Positions 48,305-60,847 of a DNA stretch of 64,000 nt are shown piece after piece. The notes under the pieces are model-generated. The model worked only from the letters and a program-made list of their open reading frames with translations. It ran no database searches and was not told the origin of the DNA. Source of the stretch: Felis catus (Eukaryota); assembly GCF_018350175.1 (NCBI RefSeq), contig NC_058382.1:51338001-51402000 (forward strand). Direction: 5' to 3'. Position 1 is the stretch's first letter. The number at the start of each line of letters is the position of its first letter. A program made the translations under genes and the position numbers.

Positions 48305-50809
48305 AACACCATTTAGTGGTGCTCACTAAACGAATTCCGCACATAAGCTAATTTAGATGAGGGAACTGAACGAGCTATTGACATTTCAAAGCCGCCAAGT
48401 CACACAGCTGGTAAGTGGCAAAGGCCAGACTCCAACTGGCCTGATTCCAGCCAGCGTCCTTGACCACTACTCTGGGCTTGGATTTGCCATTAATGGAGGT
48501 TGGAAAGCTCTCAGCTTCTCTGGGCCTCAGTTACCTACCTATGAAATAAGGCAACGGAACCAGATTCCTTCCAGCTCAAACAGCTAAAGCTGCTCTTCAG
48601 AATTATGTCATTAATAGAATGTCAAAATCATGAAATGTCAAAATGATTCCATTTCGTTTGCCACATTCTATTTACTGGGATAGAAGTGTGAATGCATACA
48701 ATTTGGGGGAAAACATGAACCACCAGGGAGGAAACAAAATGATTTTTGTGGTCACTCGGTGCAACCCTGAAGAGTCAATTAACCGGGCACCCAATTCCCC
48801 AAGCATTCTAGCTCGTATCGATTTCATGGTTGGAAAATATGGCAAGGACACGCTTAGGCGTTATTTCACACACAAAAAGTTTTCCACAGAACAAGGAATG
48901 AAAATGGAGGGAAACCAGAGATCTGTGCAGGGAGCCTGATCTTGTGGACCAAAAAAATCCTTCCCCCCCCCCCCCCCCCCCCCCGCAAAAGAGAAGGGAA
49001 GGGTGTTTGGGACTCCGCTCGGGAACACCACCAGCAGGAGCCCCACGCAGGTGCCACACATACCACTTTCAAATCTCAAAACAGCTCATAAGACACGATA
49101 TGTCAATGTTTCCCACAGAAGGGGACCTGGCCACTGACATTAGTAGAAAGCATAAGGCAGTCTGCCAACGAGTGAATCAACTTCATCATCTCCGCGAGCC
49201 CTTACATGTGTCACCCCGGGCCTGAGGGAACAACTTAATGTGGAAAAAGAGTCCATATCAAAATGGAGAAATAGGAGGTCACCATTGAAACAAAGCCACA
49301 GTCCGAGAGGCTTTCAGAATTAAACTGTTTTCCCCCTTACAGCCAGCAGGAAGCCATAACCCACACCCCTAGCCTATGTGGCCACCGCCAAAACGACCTT
49401 GGGACTGACCGAAGCAAAGGCGACCCAGATTCCACAGCCCGATGCCAAGCCACAGGGCTAAGAAAAAGGGGCAGCTGGAGAAGACCAGGAAAATAAGGCA
49501 AAACACAAAAACACAGGATTCCAGAGGGAAATCAGACGGGCTGTATGAACATGTTATTTCTTTTGTGGTGAAGTACATAAGTCAAGCGTAATTATAGCCA
49601 ACTACATGCTTTGACGACCTTGAGAACCCTCTGAGAAAGCTCCCCTTCAAAGTAAACAGAAATGGGACTTTGCACTTTTTTCTTGCTCTTCCTTCTTTAT
49701 TTTCCCCAGCATATTCAACTAACTTTTCCTTATCTGTAATTCCCCAGACTTAAGTCATAATTTAAGGGAGAAAGAATTAACCACAGAGACTCCAAGATCT
49801 CATGCTGCCTGGATGTGATTTTTAAGGAGACTCTCAATACTATACTCTGTCCTGTCATCGTTGACCGCGTTGTCCCGTTGTATTCTAAAGATTCCGAAAG
49901 ATGCCCCTTCAAGCGAAACCTGAGGTGCTAAAAATGTTAGTGGTCTTTGCGAATCAAAGTTCATAACGCCCTTAACACATCTGAAACAGAATTCCCCATC
50001 TTTCCCCCCAAACCTGAGTCATGTTCAGCCTCTTCCAGCTCATGACATGACCCCTCCAGACTTCTGACTGCTCAAGCCAAAAGCCCTAGAGTCCTCCTTG
50101 ACTCCTCTTTTTCTCCCAGGTAAGTCAGCCACTCCTGCTTTCTTGAGGAGGGATGAGAAGGCGAGAGAGGCATAATCGTCCACTTTATGGAAATGGGAGT
50201 GCTAAAGAAATGTTAGCTTTGATTGCCCTTCTAATTTCAGTAAATGACTCCTGGGTATCTGCCAACATGGTGGGCACACGCTAGGCCCTACAGATACCGT
50301 CCATCCACTGAGGCAAGAGATATACCTCATCAGCTATAACATAGTATCACAAGTTTATGATGGTGACATAAAGGGTACAGATGGAGGCCGGGGCAAAGGA
50401 ATGTTTCAGTCTCCTTGTGGAAAATAGGAGGTAACACTTGTGCTGGAATCTTTGACAACAGAAGATGATTAGGTATTTGCCACATGGGTGGCCGTGCAGC
50501 GTGCTAGGCGGGGAGGCATATACACAAAGACCCATAGACACGAAAGCAGAAACGGCTTGAAAAAAATACAAGGACATGAAGATAGCTGAACCCCAAGTCC
50601 GGGGGGGAAGTTAGTAAAATGTGAAACCTGAGGTAGGAAATTTATTAGATTACAAAGCAGGTACAATTTACTGATTACACTTAGATTTAGATCCTTAGGT
50701 AGTTTCTCTTTCTTTTCCATTCTTTCATCCTAATGTCGAATTCTTTTTTTACACGATAATTTTTAAAATAAAATTGGAAAATTTAAAAAATTTTCTACAT
50801 TACATTAGA

Positions 50810-51100
50810 AGTGTAATGGATGTGTAACACTAAACATACTAGTTTTAGGTGTACAACATAATGATTCGATATTCGTATGTATTACAAAAGATCGCTAATA
50901 AGTCCATCTGTCCCCATATATTTTTACAATTTTATTTTCTTGTGATGAGGAAAATTTTCTTTTCTTTTTGTGTGATGAGCAGACAAGATCTGCTCTCGGG
51001 CCAACTTTCATATATGCGCTATAATATTCACTATACTCACCATGAAGTACACGGAATCTCCAGGACTTACTCTCTAGAACTTTGTACCTTTTGACGACCT
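50810..51100 (-). mobile_element. Old L1 3' fragment
   Basis: tagttttaggtgtacaacataatgattcgatatt...tccaggacttact...ttgtaccttttgac. Confidence 0.6.
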
Positions 51101-51873
51101 TTGAGCATTATGAGGTCCGATTCTTGAAACCAGAAATGCATGCCCATCCTACTATATTTGACATGTCTCTTCTTTCAGAGGAAATGTTCTCTGAGGTGAT
51201 GAGCCTAAAAATATTCACTAGAATTCATACCTTCCCTATCATTTCTATTCTGCTTCAAACCTGCTCAGTACATCTGTAAATGAACATGAATGGACCTCGT
51301 GCTATGTGACAGTGACCGATGGCTGCTGAGATACAGGGTGCAGGTTGCTCATTTCTAACTTAGTAAAATAAGCCACATTGGAAGCACTGACCAGAGTCTC
51401 TTCCGGCGCCTGGAGCATTCTGGCAGACGGCACCTACTCCCTCGCTGTCAGTCAGCGGCTAATATGTGTTTAATAACCAGAGGCGTGTTCCCTCCAGTTG
51501 CTGTGGAGGTGACCCTCCCTTATGTCTGTCCAAATAATGTGGACCCACCAGCCCAATCTAACCAACTCATTTTCCTGAACACTTTGAAAGGGAACAGAGA
51601 TCAAGCTTGACGTGAAGACACCGACGGCTGGCAGAAGATGAGACAGGTAAGAAAGACAGCCAGCTCCAGGCTCAGACAAGGAAGCCGAGAAAACCCTGAT
51701 TAGCTGTACCAACAGATGCACCCACACAACTACCAGGGAAGAACTATCCCTATCCTCACCTTACAGACGTGGACAGAAAGGCTGAGAGAGGTTAAGCCAT
51801 TTGACCCGGGTTCTAGGACACGGTCGAATAAGGTTTTAAACTTTCAGGTCCACCTAACTCCAAAAGCCAGATG

Positions 51874-51914
<41 letters not shown>

Positions 51915-51934
51915 AAACTGACGACTGCCTAAGT

Positions 51935-52118
51935 CAGCAGTTCTCAACCCTGAGCAAGCATCAGAATCACATAGAGCCCCTGTTCAGGCATAGGTTGCCA
52001 GGTCCTACCCCCACACTTTCTTATGCTTCAGGACTGGAATGAGACCTGAGCATTTGCACTTCTAACAAGTTCCAGGGGATGCTGATAATTGCATGCGGTT
52101 CCAAAGACACTTGAGAAA
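51935..52118 (+). mobile_element. MER5A-like hAT element
   Basis: cagcagttctcaacc...catcagaatcac...tttgcacttctaacaagttccaggggatgctgat...cacttgagaa. Confidence 0.75.
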
Positions 52119-52551
52119 TTTTTTGAGTGTGCGTGCTTCTAACTCATGCAAAACTGCCTTTCCGGCAGGGCGGGGGGTGCATAAAGATTTTTTAAAGAGG
52201 CAGTGAGAAGAATAGGTCTGAAAGGGAAAGCAATGACAGGACCTTGAAGACACCGAAAACAAAATGCCATTGCTTCTCCTGAGCTGCCAGATGTGGGTCT
52301 GAACTGTTCAGACCAGCAGGACAAACGGGACATCTGCTTGTTTTGGAAGCCCCGCCCACTTAGGGGAGGCAGGAAAGATCTGTGATTCTCAGAGGTAATG
52401 CCACGGTTCAAGTTACAAGCAGGTATTTGCCCCCTAGGCTGTGGGGGGGAAACATTCAGCATTCTCGAACAGTCTTACCTCCTGCTCTTCCCAAATTCCT
52501 CCCGTAAGCAAATCTCTACCCCCTGGGCATTCCCATCTCTGTGACTTCCTC

Positions 52552-52770
52552 ATTTTTTTTAAAAAAAAATATTTTTAAATGTTTATTATTTTAAGAAAGA
52601 GAGAAACAGAGAGAGAGCAGGGGAGGAGCAGAGAAAGAGGGTGACAGAATTCCAAGCAGGTTCTGCACTGTCAGTGCAGAGCCCGACACAGGGCTCGAAC
52701 CCACTAACGGTGAGATCATGACCTGAGTCAAAATCCAGAGTCAGACACTTAACTCACTGAGCCCCTCCGC
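52552..52770 (-). mobile_element. Can-SINE
   Basis: TSD cttcctcatt. Confidence 0.88.
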
Positions 52771-53234
52771 CTTCCTCATTCAATTCAGACTTTTAGTTTG
52801 CAGTTTCCATTTCCCTTTGCCCCGGTTCCCGAGGAAGACCATCCCACTGAGGTGCTGTCTCTCTGAAAACTATGGTACGGTTCCAGAAAAATATCTGTAA
52901 ATGCAGAATGGCTATTTAAGCGCTGCACACTCTCTGACACAGAACAGGCACCCCACAAATGTTTGCTGAATGTAGGATCTTGAAGGAATGGTAGTCATTT
53001 TTAAAACTTCCTTTATGTTTGCAAAGAAAATCAAACTCGTTACCAATTGCGCGTTCGCTGCATAGTAAGCGTTTAATAAACGTGTGATTAATGAATGGGG
53101 GTAAGCTCGCGAAACCTTTAAGAATGAAGTGAAAGGAGAGTCAGACAAACTTTGTCAACAGGATGAACATCTATCAACTCCTGCCAAACACGTCAACTTA
53201 ACAGGCAATTAGAGACCGTTATAAATTTGTCTAT

Positions 53235-53469
53235 TTATTTTTTAATGTTTATTTATATTTGAAAGAGAAAGAGAGAGCGGGAGAGAGAGAGACAGTGCAT
53301 AAACAGGGGAGGGCCAGAGAGAGACGGAGACAGAATCCAAAGCAGGCTCCAGGCTCTGAGCCGTCAGCACAGAGCCCGATGTGAGGCTCGAACTCAGAAC
53401 AGTGAGATCATGACCTGAGCCAACGTCATGACCTCAGACGTTCAACTGACGGAGCCACCTAGGTGCCCC
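53235..53469 (-). mobile_element. Can-SINE
   Basis: reverse head, body and tail present. Confidence 0.9.
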
Positions 53470-54179
53470 TGCAGTCGTAAATTTATTAATGTGCACAGGA
53501 TACATCGGCATTTGCCAAAGTAAGCCCCATGGACCGTGGAGGACACACCAAAAATATTGTGGACGGTGGGTGGATAAACTTTTCTAACAAGTACGCATTT
53601 AAAGAGCATTAGAAAAATAAGTAATCTCCTATCAAACCTGTGATTCAGTGGTTCCTTTTTTACGACTGGACTTAGAGATTTGGGGGTGAGATGATTTATT
53701 AGAAAAGCAACACATGCGTAATAATACAGAGCCACACCACCACGAATAAAGGTGATTATTAATCACTGAATGTCGCTGTCAATGACTGAAGTTGAGGAAA
53801 CACTGATATTAACTCGGGAGGAGGAAGCGTAACATTAGTGTGAATGCTGTGCCTTGTTTAAAAGTTTTGAGGGTTGGGGCACATGGAATACACATTCCCT
53901 GAGCTCCATGTTAAAAAAAAAAAAAAAAGATAAGTCTCATTTCAAAAGGTCTTTGTGAAGACTGAGGAAAAATAAAAGAAGTCTCAAAGTAGAATGCCAT
54001 ATGTGGAGCAGAGGCTCCGGAGGCAATTGCTGGAAGGGATGGTGGCCACAGAAGAGGGAGAAGAAAAGAGGAGGGATGGAAAGGACGGGGGATAGGAAGA
54101 CGGCATGGAAAAGGCGCTATAAATCTTTGTCGTTTCCCTATTTCCAGATACCTAGGATTTCCATGCTTCTGTTTGTTCT

Positions 54180-54854
54180 TTCTTTTTTTTTTAAGAATTT
54201 TTTAAGTTTATTTATTCGTTTTGCGAGAGAGCAAGTATGGGGAAATAGATTCTACTTACATAAATAAGTTAGAAAAAAGCTTAGGGCAGAAAGCCACCAC
54301 CACAGGGCAAAAATGCCCGAGATTACCTAGCGAGATATTGTAATGGGATCACGAGTAACTTGTCATATCACCTGCAGGAAATTACTTTCCATCTGGTGCC
54401 AATGTACCTTGATCACAAACTCACTGGTCTCCCAGACCCTTTGCTTCTTACACAAGCTAATGATTACCGTCTGATTGTTTTCTCAACATTTCACGTGTGT
54501 AAGATCTTGTTTTCTTCACATTCATGAGGAAGGTAATATCTTGTGAGCTCAATAACTATGGACATGAAACCCCTGCTTGGGGCTCTTGTCTCCTCCCAGA
54601 CATTAGCCTCTCTCGTATTCAATTCTGCACCTGCTCTCTTGCTGGACAAGAGAGAACTCCAGACTCATAGTCTGTGACAAGTAAGTGTGAGCAGGGGAGG
54701 GGCAGAGAGAGAGGGAGAGAGAGAATCAGAAGCAGGCTCCGTGAGCTGTCAGCATGGAGACCTATGTGGAGCTCGATGGCACAAATCATGAGATCATGAC
54801 CTGAGCTGAAATCAAGAGGCTGCAGCTTAACCGACTGAGCCACTCAGGTGCCCC
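54180..54854 (-). mobile_element. Can-SINE split by a 444-bp insert
   Basis: tail at 54180-54235, body at 54680-54854; SINE TSD tccatgcttct(g/c)tttg. Confidence 0.85.
54236..54679. mobile_element. Probable ERV solo LTR nested in a SINE
   Basis: termini ta(tg-like)tgggga...tgaca; 6-bp direct repeat agcaag/agtaag; length 444 bp. Confidence 0.6.
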
Positions 54855-55469
54855 TCCATGCTTCTCTTTGGATACTAGGGGAAAAACCTTAAAACTGATT
54901 CTACTTTGTATTGATGTTGAGACTGTCAGTGCTAGAGTTCCTGAGCAAGTGTTCCAATGTGTCTCCCATTTCTACATCCTGGACTTTGGGTTTTCCCATC
55001 TATGTTTCTCGTCATGTGGAAGGGAAGACCTAACACGCGAAAAAGTTGGCTGCTAACAGTTTTTACATTCCATAGAGGCGTATGTATCTATTTTGAGGTG
55101 GTGATGATTTTAAATGTATCCCATTTAAGGGAAATGAACACAGCAATAAGAAACAGAATGATAAGAGGTAGGTAAATGCTACTGTACCCAGATTTACTAC
55201 TTGTGATAAAACCCTCATCTGCACAGGAGTAATTTTCTTCCCAGGATGCAGTCAGAAGGTATTTAAACCAGGCATGGTCTACAGGGGATAAGCCTGGACA
55301 ATTCATCGACAGTAAAAGTGCCACTTAATTATCATGCCAAGAAGCTGACATTTTAGAGATAACCCAGACTCTAACCCTTGGCCTCGCAAACCAAATGTTT
55401 ATACTTCTGGTAGGGGCACAGACACATTGCAGAATCTTAACGTGAGGTTGAAATCACAAGCAAACATAC

Positions 55470-55623
55470 CTTCACAAAACCAAGGCTACATAACTTGGCT
55501 TTTGCTCCAAATTGCCACTTGCACTGTGTGTCGGCATCATAAATCTGTCCTGGTAGTTTGTCTGGATATTTATACTGTCCTGTTTGCTTGGGCTCGTCCA
55601 CCAGGCACCCAGCCTGAGGTGTG
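55470..55623 (-). CDS. ADAMTS18: ADAMTS18 exon ~10 (154 nt): TPQAGCLVDEPKQTGQYKYPDKLPGQIYDADTQCKWQFGAKAKLCSLGFVK, start of disintegrin-like domain
   Basis: poly-T cctgcag acceptor, gtatgt donor, phase 2 to 0; LPGQxYDADxQC motif. Confidence 0.95.
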
Positions 55624-56074
55624 CTGCAGGAAAAAAAAAAAAATCCTTGTTAACTCTTGTGTTTACCTGTGATCTTTCCACAAAAAACAGTACACCTCTC
55701 AATGTATTCATGCAAAGAAACATAGAACATGGCTAAACATATAGGTCATACTTAAAGTTAAAATGTTTATTTTTTCCAGGGTGTGAGTCCTGTCCTAAGA
55801 TGGAATTTACACAGCTATGGAAGGTTTCACCTGGTAAAGGAATTATAGCTGTCCAAGTGATTTGATTTGGCCTGCTAGATGGCAAAGATGCATATATTTG
55901 AAAACTTTCCCCAACAATCTCATTCAACAACATTCAACAAGTTTTTATTGGGTGCCTACTGTGTGGTGAACATTAGGTTAAACGCTAAAGGTACAGAATA
56001 AACTAGACAGAGACAGTATCTATTTTCACGGAGTTGAACGTCACGCTGTGTTGTTTTATATATATATAATTATA

Positions 56075-56078
<4 letters not shown>

Positions 56079-56142
<64 letters not shown>
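56079..56142 (+). repeat. (TA)32 microsatellite
   Basis: read directly. Confidence 0.95.
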
Positions 56143-56144
<2 letters not shown>

Positions 56145-56284
56145 GGGGCAGTGGTCAAGACGTACTTTACCTCAAATAATCTTTACAAGGTTTTTGTAAG
56201 CATCGAGAGAAAGAATTGGGGCACTAAGCAGAACAATTCCCCCAAGTGTGCTCAAGTGGGATGTGTTAAAAAAAATTAAGCCAG

Positions 56285-56472
56285 GTCCGACTTCAGCCAG
56301 GTCACGATCTCGCGGTCCGTGAGTTCGAGCCCCGCGTCGGGCTCTGGGCTGATGGCTCAGAGCCTGGAGCCTGTTTCCGATTCTGTGTCTCCCTCTCTCT
56401 CTGCCCCTCCCCCGTTCATGCTCTGTCTCTCTCTGTCCCAGAAATAAATAAATGTTGAAAAAAAAAAAAAAG
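56285..56472 (+). mobile_element. 5'-truncated young felid SINEC_Fc-type element
   Basis: begins gtccgacttcagccaggtcacg; CpGs intact; A-tail. Confidence 0.9.
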
Positions 56473-57947
56473 AAATCTTTTAAAATAAAAAAAAAAATCA
56501 ATCTTGATGGCACGGATATTGTTAAAAAAAACACCTTCCCCCCACTCAACTTAAGTGGTTAAACTATGATATCAGTTAAACTATGATGTCAAACAGCATG
56601 GTGGTTCAGTATGACTTTGGAGGCGGACAGATGGGAATCCAAGTCAACCATGAGACCGAAGAGCAGCTGTGACATACGCCATTACTGACGACAATGTGCT
56701 TAACCCGGCAGAGTAAGCATTTCGAGTCAGCTGTTATCATCATCATCACCAACATTTAACGATATCATATGAATGACAGAAATTCAATCTGTATTAAGTC
56801 GGCCTTGATTAATATTCATTGATTCCACTCTCCCATGAGAGAAAAGATAATGTGAAGCCCCAAATTATAAACTTAAAACTAATAAGAAAATCTTCCATTT
56901 GATAAAACTTATCATTGGCAAAAGGCTTGTCAAATTTTTCCTGTTCTTTAGGACGTCGTTTGGCTAGACATCTTTACATTTAATCAGCTTTGCCTGTTGT
57001 GTATCACCAATTCCATAAACACTTGCAAATACTGTGTAATAGTATAGGTTTAAAAAAAGAGTATCAGTATTATCAATTCCCAAAGAAACCTTGTTCGTTT
57101 CCCTAACACTTGGTCAAAGGGAAATAGGATTAGAACCTGAGTGTTCTTGTGAGTCAACATAGCATGATGAGATATGTAACAACTAGAAGGCTATCCTAAT
57201 TATAAAGGTCAAATATATATCAAATAATATATATATTATTGCTGAACAAAATTAAAGGAAACTTCAAAGAGTTCCACCTTTGGGTCATGTAATATGAATC
57301 ACATAGTGAAACCTTCCTAACTCCCATTTTACTAATGCCATGTAGGAGTTTTGAACTATCAAAGAGATTTTATATGACTATTGCCTCCTTTGGATGGCTT
57401 TTGGACATATAGCTAGCTCATGGCCATTTCAAGCAAAATAGCTAAGCAAGCCAATATTCCACTCATTGTAAAACATGCACACCGCTTTAACACGTGTAAT
57501 ACTATTATGATCAAACTGATCACATTAAAATAATTAGTCACAGTAAAATGTGTATCTAGCAACCTCTGGAGGTCATAAAGGGGAGATAGTTATAAGCATA
57601 GATCTTGGAATCAGAGCAGACCTCGGTGTGGGTTTTACGTCCACACCTCACCAGCTATAGGATGCTAAACAACACAATTAGCCTCTCTAGGACTCCATTT
57701 CCTTAACTGGAGAATGAGGATCCTAACAGGATTGCTATGAGGACTGAATAAGGCAACATGTGCAGAGCACTTAGCACAGAATTAGACCTTCAATGTATTT
57801 TTTCAACAGCAATAATGATGACCATATCACCACCACCACGACCACCATCATCATCATCCCCAGAGTATTTATTTTAAACATCTGTTGAGCGCCGTTTTCT
57901 GTCACCACTCCAACCTGGGGAAGACCCCTGGCTTTACTTTGTCTTAC

Positions 57948-58085
57948 CTAAGGAATTTCTTGAGATACTGCCGGCTGCACGAAGACCAGGAAAACACCCC
58001 ATTGTTTCCTGTCAGTGTGGGAGACATGATATTGCCTTCAGCCTTCCTACAGGGATTGCCTTCCCCATCGTGAATCATGCCGAAG
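57948..58085 (-). CDS. ADAMTS18: ADAMTS18 exon ~9 (138 nt): FGMIHDGEGNPCRKAEGNIMSPTLTGNNGVFSWSSCSRQYLKKFL, third Zn ligand and Met-turn
   Basis: tgtttcag acceptor, gtaaga donor; lies within ORF 57944..58222. Confidence 0.96.
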
Positions 58086-58238
58086 CTGAAACAAATGGAG
58101 GAAACAAAAACAAAAAGCTTTCTGTGACCCATTTTCCAAATTATAATCAAAAGAAGACGCATTGACATCCAATGAACCCAAGTGAGAGAAAGAATTATCT
58201 TTCTTCTGCAAGAAAAAACCAAAATGAGTTACTATGTA

Positions 58239-58559
58239 TCATTGACCTTTGAACAACAGAGGGGTTAAGGGCACTGACCCTCCCCACCTCAACTGAAAAT
58301 TCCAGTGTAACTTCCACCTGCCCCCAAACTTACCTACTAAGAGCGTACCGCTGACTGGAAGCCTTATCAATAACTTAAGGCCAATTAACGCATGTTTTGT
58401 ATAGTAGAAGTATTATATACTGTAGTCTTACAATCAAGAGAAAAGAAAATGTTACTAAAAAAAGTCATAACGAAAATATATTTACAGTACTGTACTGTAT
58501 TTATTGACAAGAGTCCACATCTAAGGAGACCTGTACGCGGTTCAAACCAATGTTAACTG
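58239..58559 (+). mobile_element. Tigger2-like (TcMar) MITE
   Basis: ttgacc(t)ttgaacaacagaggggttaagggcactgaccc...gactggaagcctta...ttcaaacc...gttaactg. Confidence 0.7.
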
Positions 58560-59108
58560 CAGTGCTGTAAAGTTCATGTAGCAAAGTCTAAAGAATGCTA
58601 AGGGCTTTGTTCTATTGTGCCTTGGCCACAAAACCAAAGAACGGTATGTCTGCTTTCGTGTAAGGACGAGAAACTTTTGGTCAAGATGTCGAAGCTAAAC
58701 TAAAATGATGGGAGAATCCAATTCTTTTATTTCCAACACCAAATTGTTTTCTTGCCACCAATTGTGAAACTGTGGTAAGGAAGTTCAGGGTCAGGAGGAG
58801 ATAGGAGCAGAAACAAATTCAGACCTATGTTTGACATTCCTATTTATTTCCTGCTCTGTACAAAGGGGCCTTGCGCCTACCAGGCATTTTTGCACCTCTG
58901 TTCACAGTAAAATGGATTCATGCATATCTTGCGAAGAACGTGGTTGCATACATACATAACATGTTGGGAAGCCATTCGGTAATGGTAACAGTCAGGATTC
59001 AAATTTTCAAGATAATATGCTCATAGGAGACACTAGCACCAAAATATTTGAATATAAAGTATAGCCGTGAAGTAGGTAATTTTTGCTTTAATTAAAAAAG
59101 ATTTTGGG

Positions 59109-59310
59109 GGGGGCACCTGGGTGGCTCAGTCGGTTGAGCATCAGCTTCGGCTCAGGTCCTGATCTCACAGTCCGTAAGTTCGAGCCCCGCATCGGGCTCT
59201 GTGCTGACAGTTCGGAGCCTGGACCCTGCTTCAGATTCTGTATCTCCCTCTCTCTGACCCTCCCTCGTTCATGCTCTCTGTCTCAAAAATAAATAAACAT
59301 TAAAAAAAAT
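59109..59310 (+). mobile_element. Can-SINE (member of nest)
   Basis: probable TSD ttaaaaaa(g/aa)atttt. Confidence 0.9.
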
Positions 59311-59359
59311 TTTTTTTAATATTTATTAATTAATTAATTAATTTATTTATTTATTTTTA

Positions 59360-59570
59360 ATTTTTTTTTTCAACGTTTATTTATTTTTGGGACAGAGAGA
59401 GACAGAGCATGAACGGGGGAGGGTCAGAGAGAGGGAGACACAGAATCGTAAACAGGCTCCAGGCTCTGAGCCATCAGCCCAGAGCCTGACACGGGGCTCG
59501 AACTCACGGACCGCGAGATCGTGACCTGGCTGAAATCGGACGCTTAACCGACTGCGCCACCCAGGCGCCC
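59360..59570 (-). mobile_element. Young felid SINEC_Fc-type element (member of nest)
   Basis: probable TSD aatatttatt. Confidence 0.92.
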
Positions 59571-59571
59571 C

Positions 59572-59768
59572 AATATTTATTATTTTGAGAGAGAGACTGA
59601 GCACAAGTGGAGAAGGGGAAGAGAGAGAAGGAGAACCAGAATTCCAAGCAGGCTCCAGGCTCTGGGCTATCAGTACAGAGCCTGACACAGGGCTGTAACT
59701 CACAGACCGAGAGATCATGACCTGAGCCAAAATCAGACGCTTAACCAACTGAGCTACCTAGGTGCCCC
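59572..59768 (-). mobile_element. Older Can-SINE (probable host of nest)
   Basis: reverse body and head; probable TSD tgcttt(a/t)att. Confidence 0.88.
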
Positions 59769-60417
59769 TGCTTTTATTTTTAACTCAGAAATTAATCAAT
59801 GCTCTGAAAATGAGCATTCAATATAAATGTTGAATATGAGACACACACGCCAACACTCCTAAACTCAAACTCCAAAGAGCATGCCCTTTGAAATAGCCAT
59901 CTTGTAAAGCAGTGTGCTTATTCCAATGTGGATGCTACTGTTCAAGCAACGTTTGAAAATTCTCTGTAGAACTGCACTGGCACCAGATTACATGCCTTGT
60001 AAATTCAGCTCACGACTCTTAGGTTTCTCATTGTTCATTTCGAACTCTAGTCTCACAAAAGAAAGATTTACTAACACCAATGAAAAGAATATTAAGTACA
60101 TGCAGTGACACCGACTACAAGAATATCCGGTGTGTGCATCACAAGTCTTTGAACAATTAACATGCTGTTACAGTCTGGAAATGTATGTATCTCCATGATT
60201 ATTTCCTTGGCGTAATGAACTAAAGGTATCTTCACTGCAGCAAAACATGGAAGAAATTCCTAAAAGACCAGAGGAGCCGTTAGAGGACTAGTCCATTTAT
60301 GCACACAATGTAATTCTGTGCAGCCACGAAATGTTGTTTAAAAGAGCCACGTCAACAATGACTGGCCTTTATTAAGTTCTCCTTATGGCCCAGTACAATT
60401 CTTTTTGTATTCTTGTA

Positions 60418-60618
60418 TTTTTTTAATGTTTATTTTTGAGAGAGAGAGAGACAGAGCTCAAGCAGGGGAGGGACAAAGAGAAAGACACAAAATCTGAAGC
60501 AGGCTCCAGGCTCTGAGCTGTCAGCACAGAGCCTGATGTGGGGCTCAAAGCCATGAACCGCAAGATCATGACCTGAGCTGAAATCAGACCTTTAACTGAC
60601 TGATCCACCCGGGCGCCC
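60418..60618 (-). mobile_element. Can-SINE
   Basis: TSD gg(c/t)ccagtac; about 120 bp into the intron from the exon ~8 donor. Confidence 0.9.
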
Positions 60619-60741
60619 GTGGTCCAGTACTAGCCTAAGCTGTACCCTAGATTTATCCTACCTATTCTACCATTCTAGCAGAATGCCAATGAATTGCCCA
60701 ACCAATCCTCATATAAAGTGGTGAATCAAGGGGTCACTTAC

Positions 60742-60847
60742 TTGTGCCCTGACTCATGAGCAATGGTGAAGGCCAGGCCAAGCCCTGTGTCCTCATTGAT
60801 GGTACAACTTCGGTACTTACTGCACATTCCACTGATGGGGGCAAACC
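60742..60847 (-). CDS. ADAMTS18: ADAMTS18 exon ~8 (106 nt): [35 protein letters not shown](N), first half of the zinc-binding motif
   Basis: ctcttttag acceptor, gtaagt donor, phase 1 to 2; HExxH motif. Confidence 0.96.

Noticed and set aside
57948..60847. Assignment to ADAMTS16
   Set aside because: The HESGH motif is shared, but NPCRKAEG, LTGNNG and YLKKFL match ADAMTS18 as recalled
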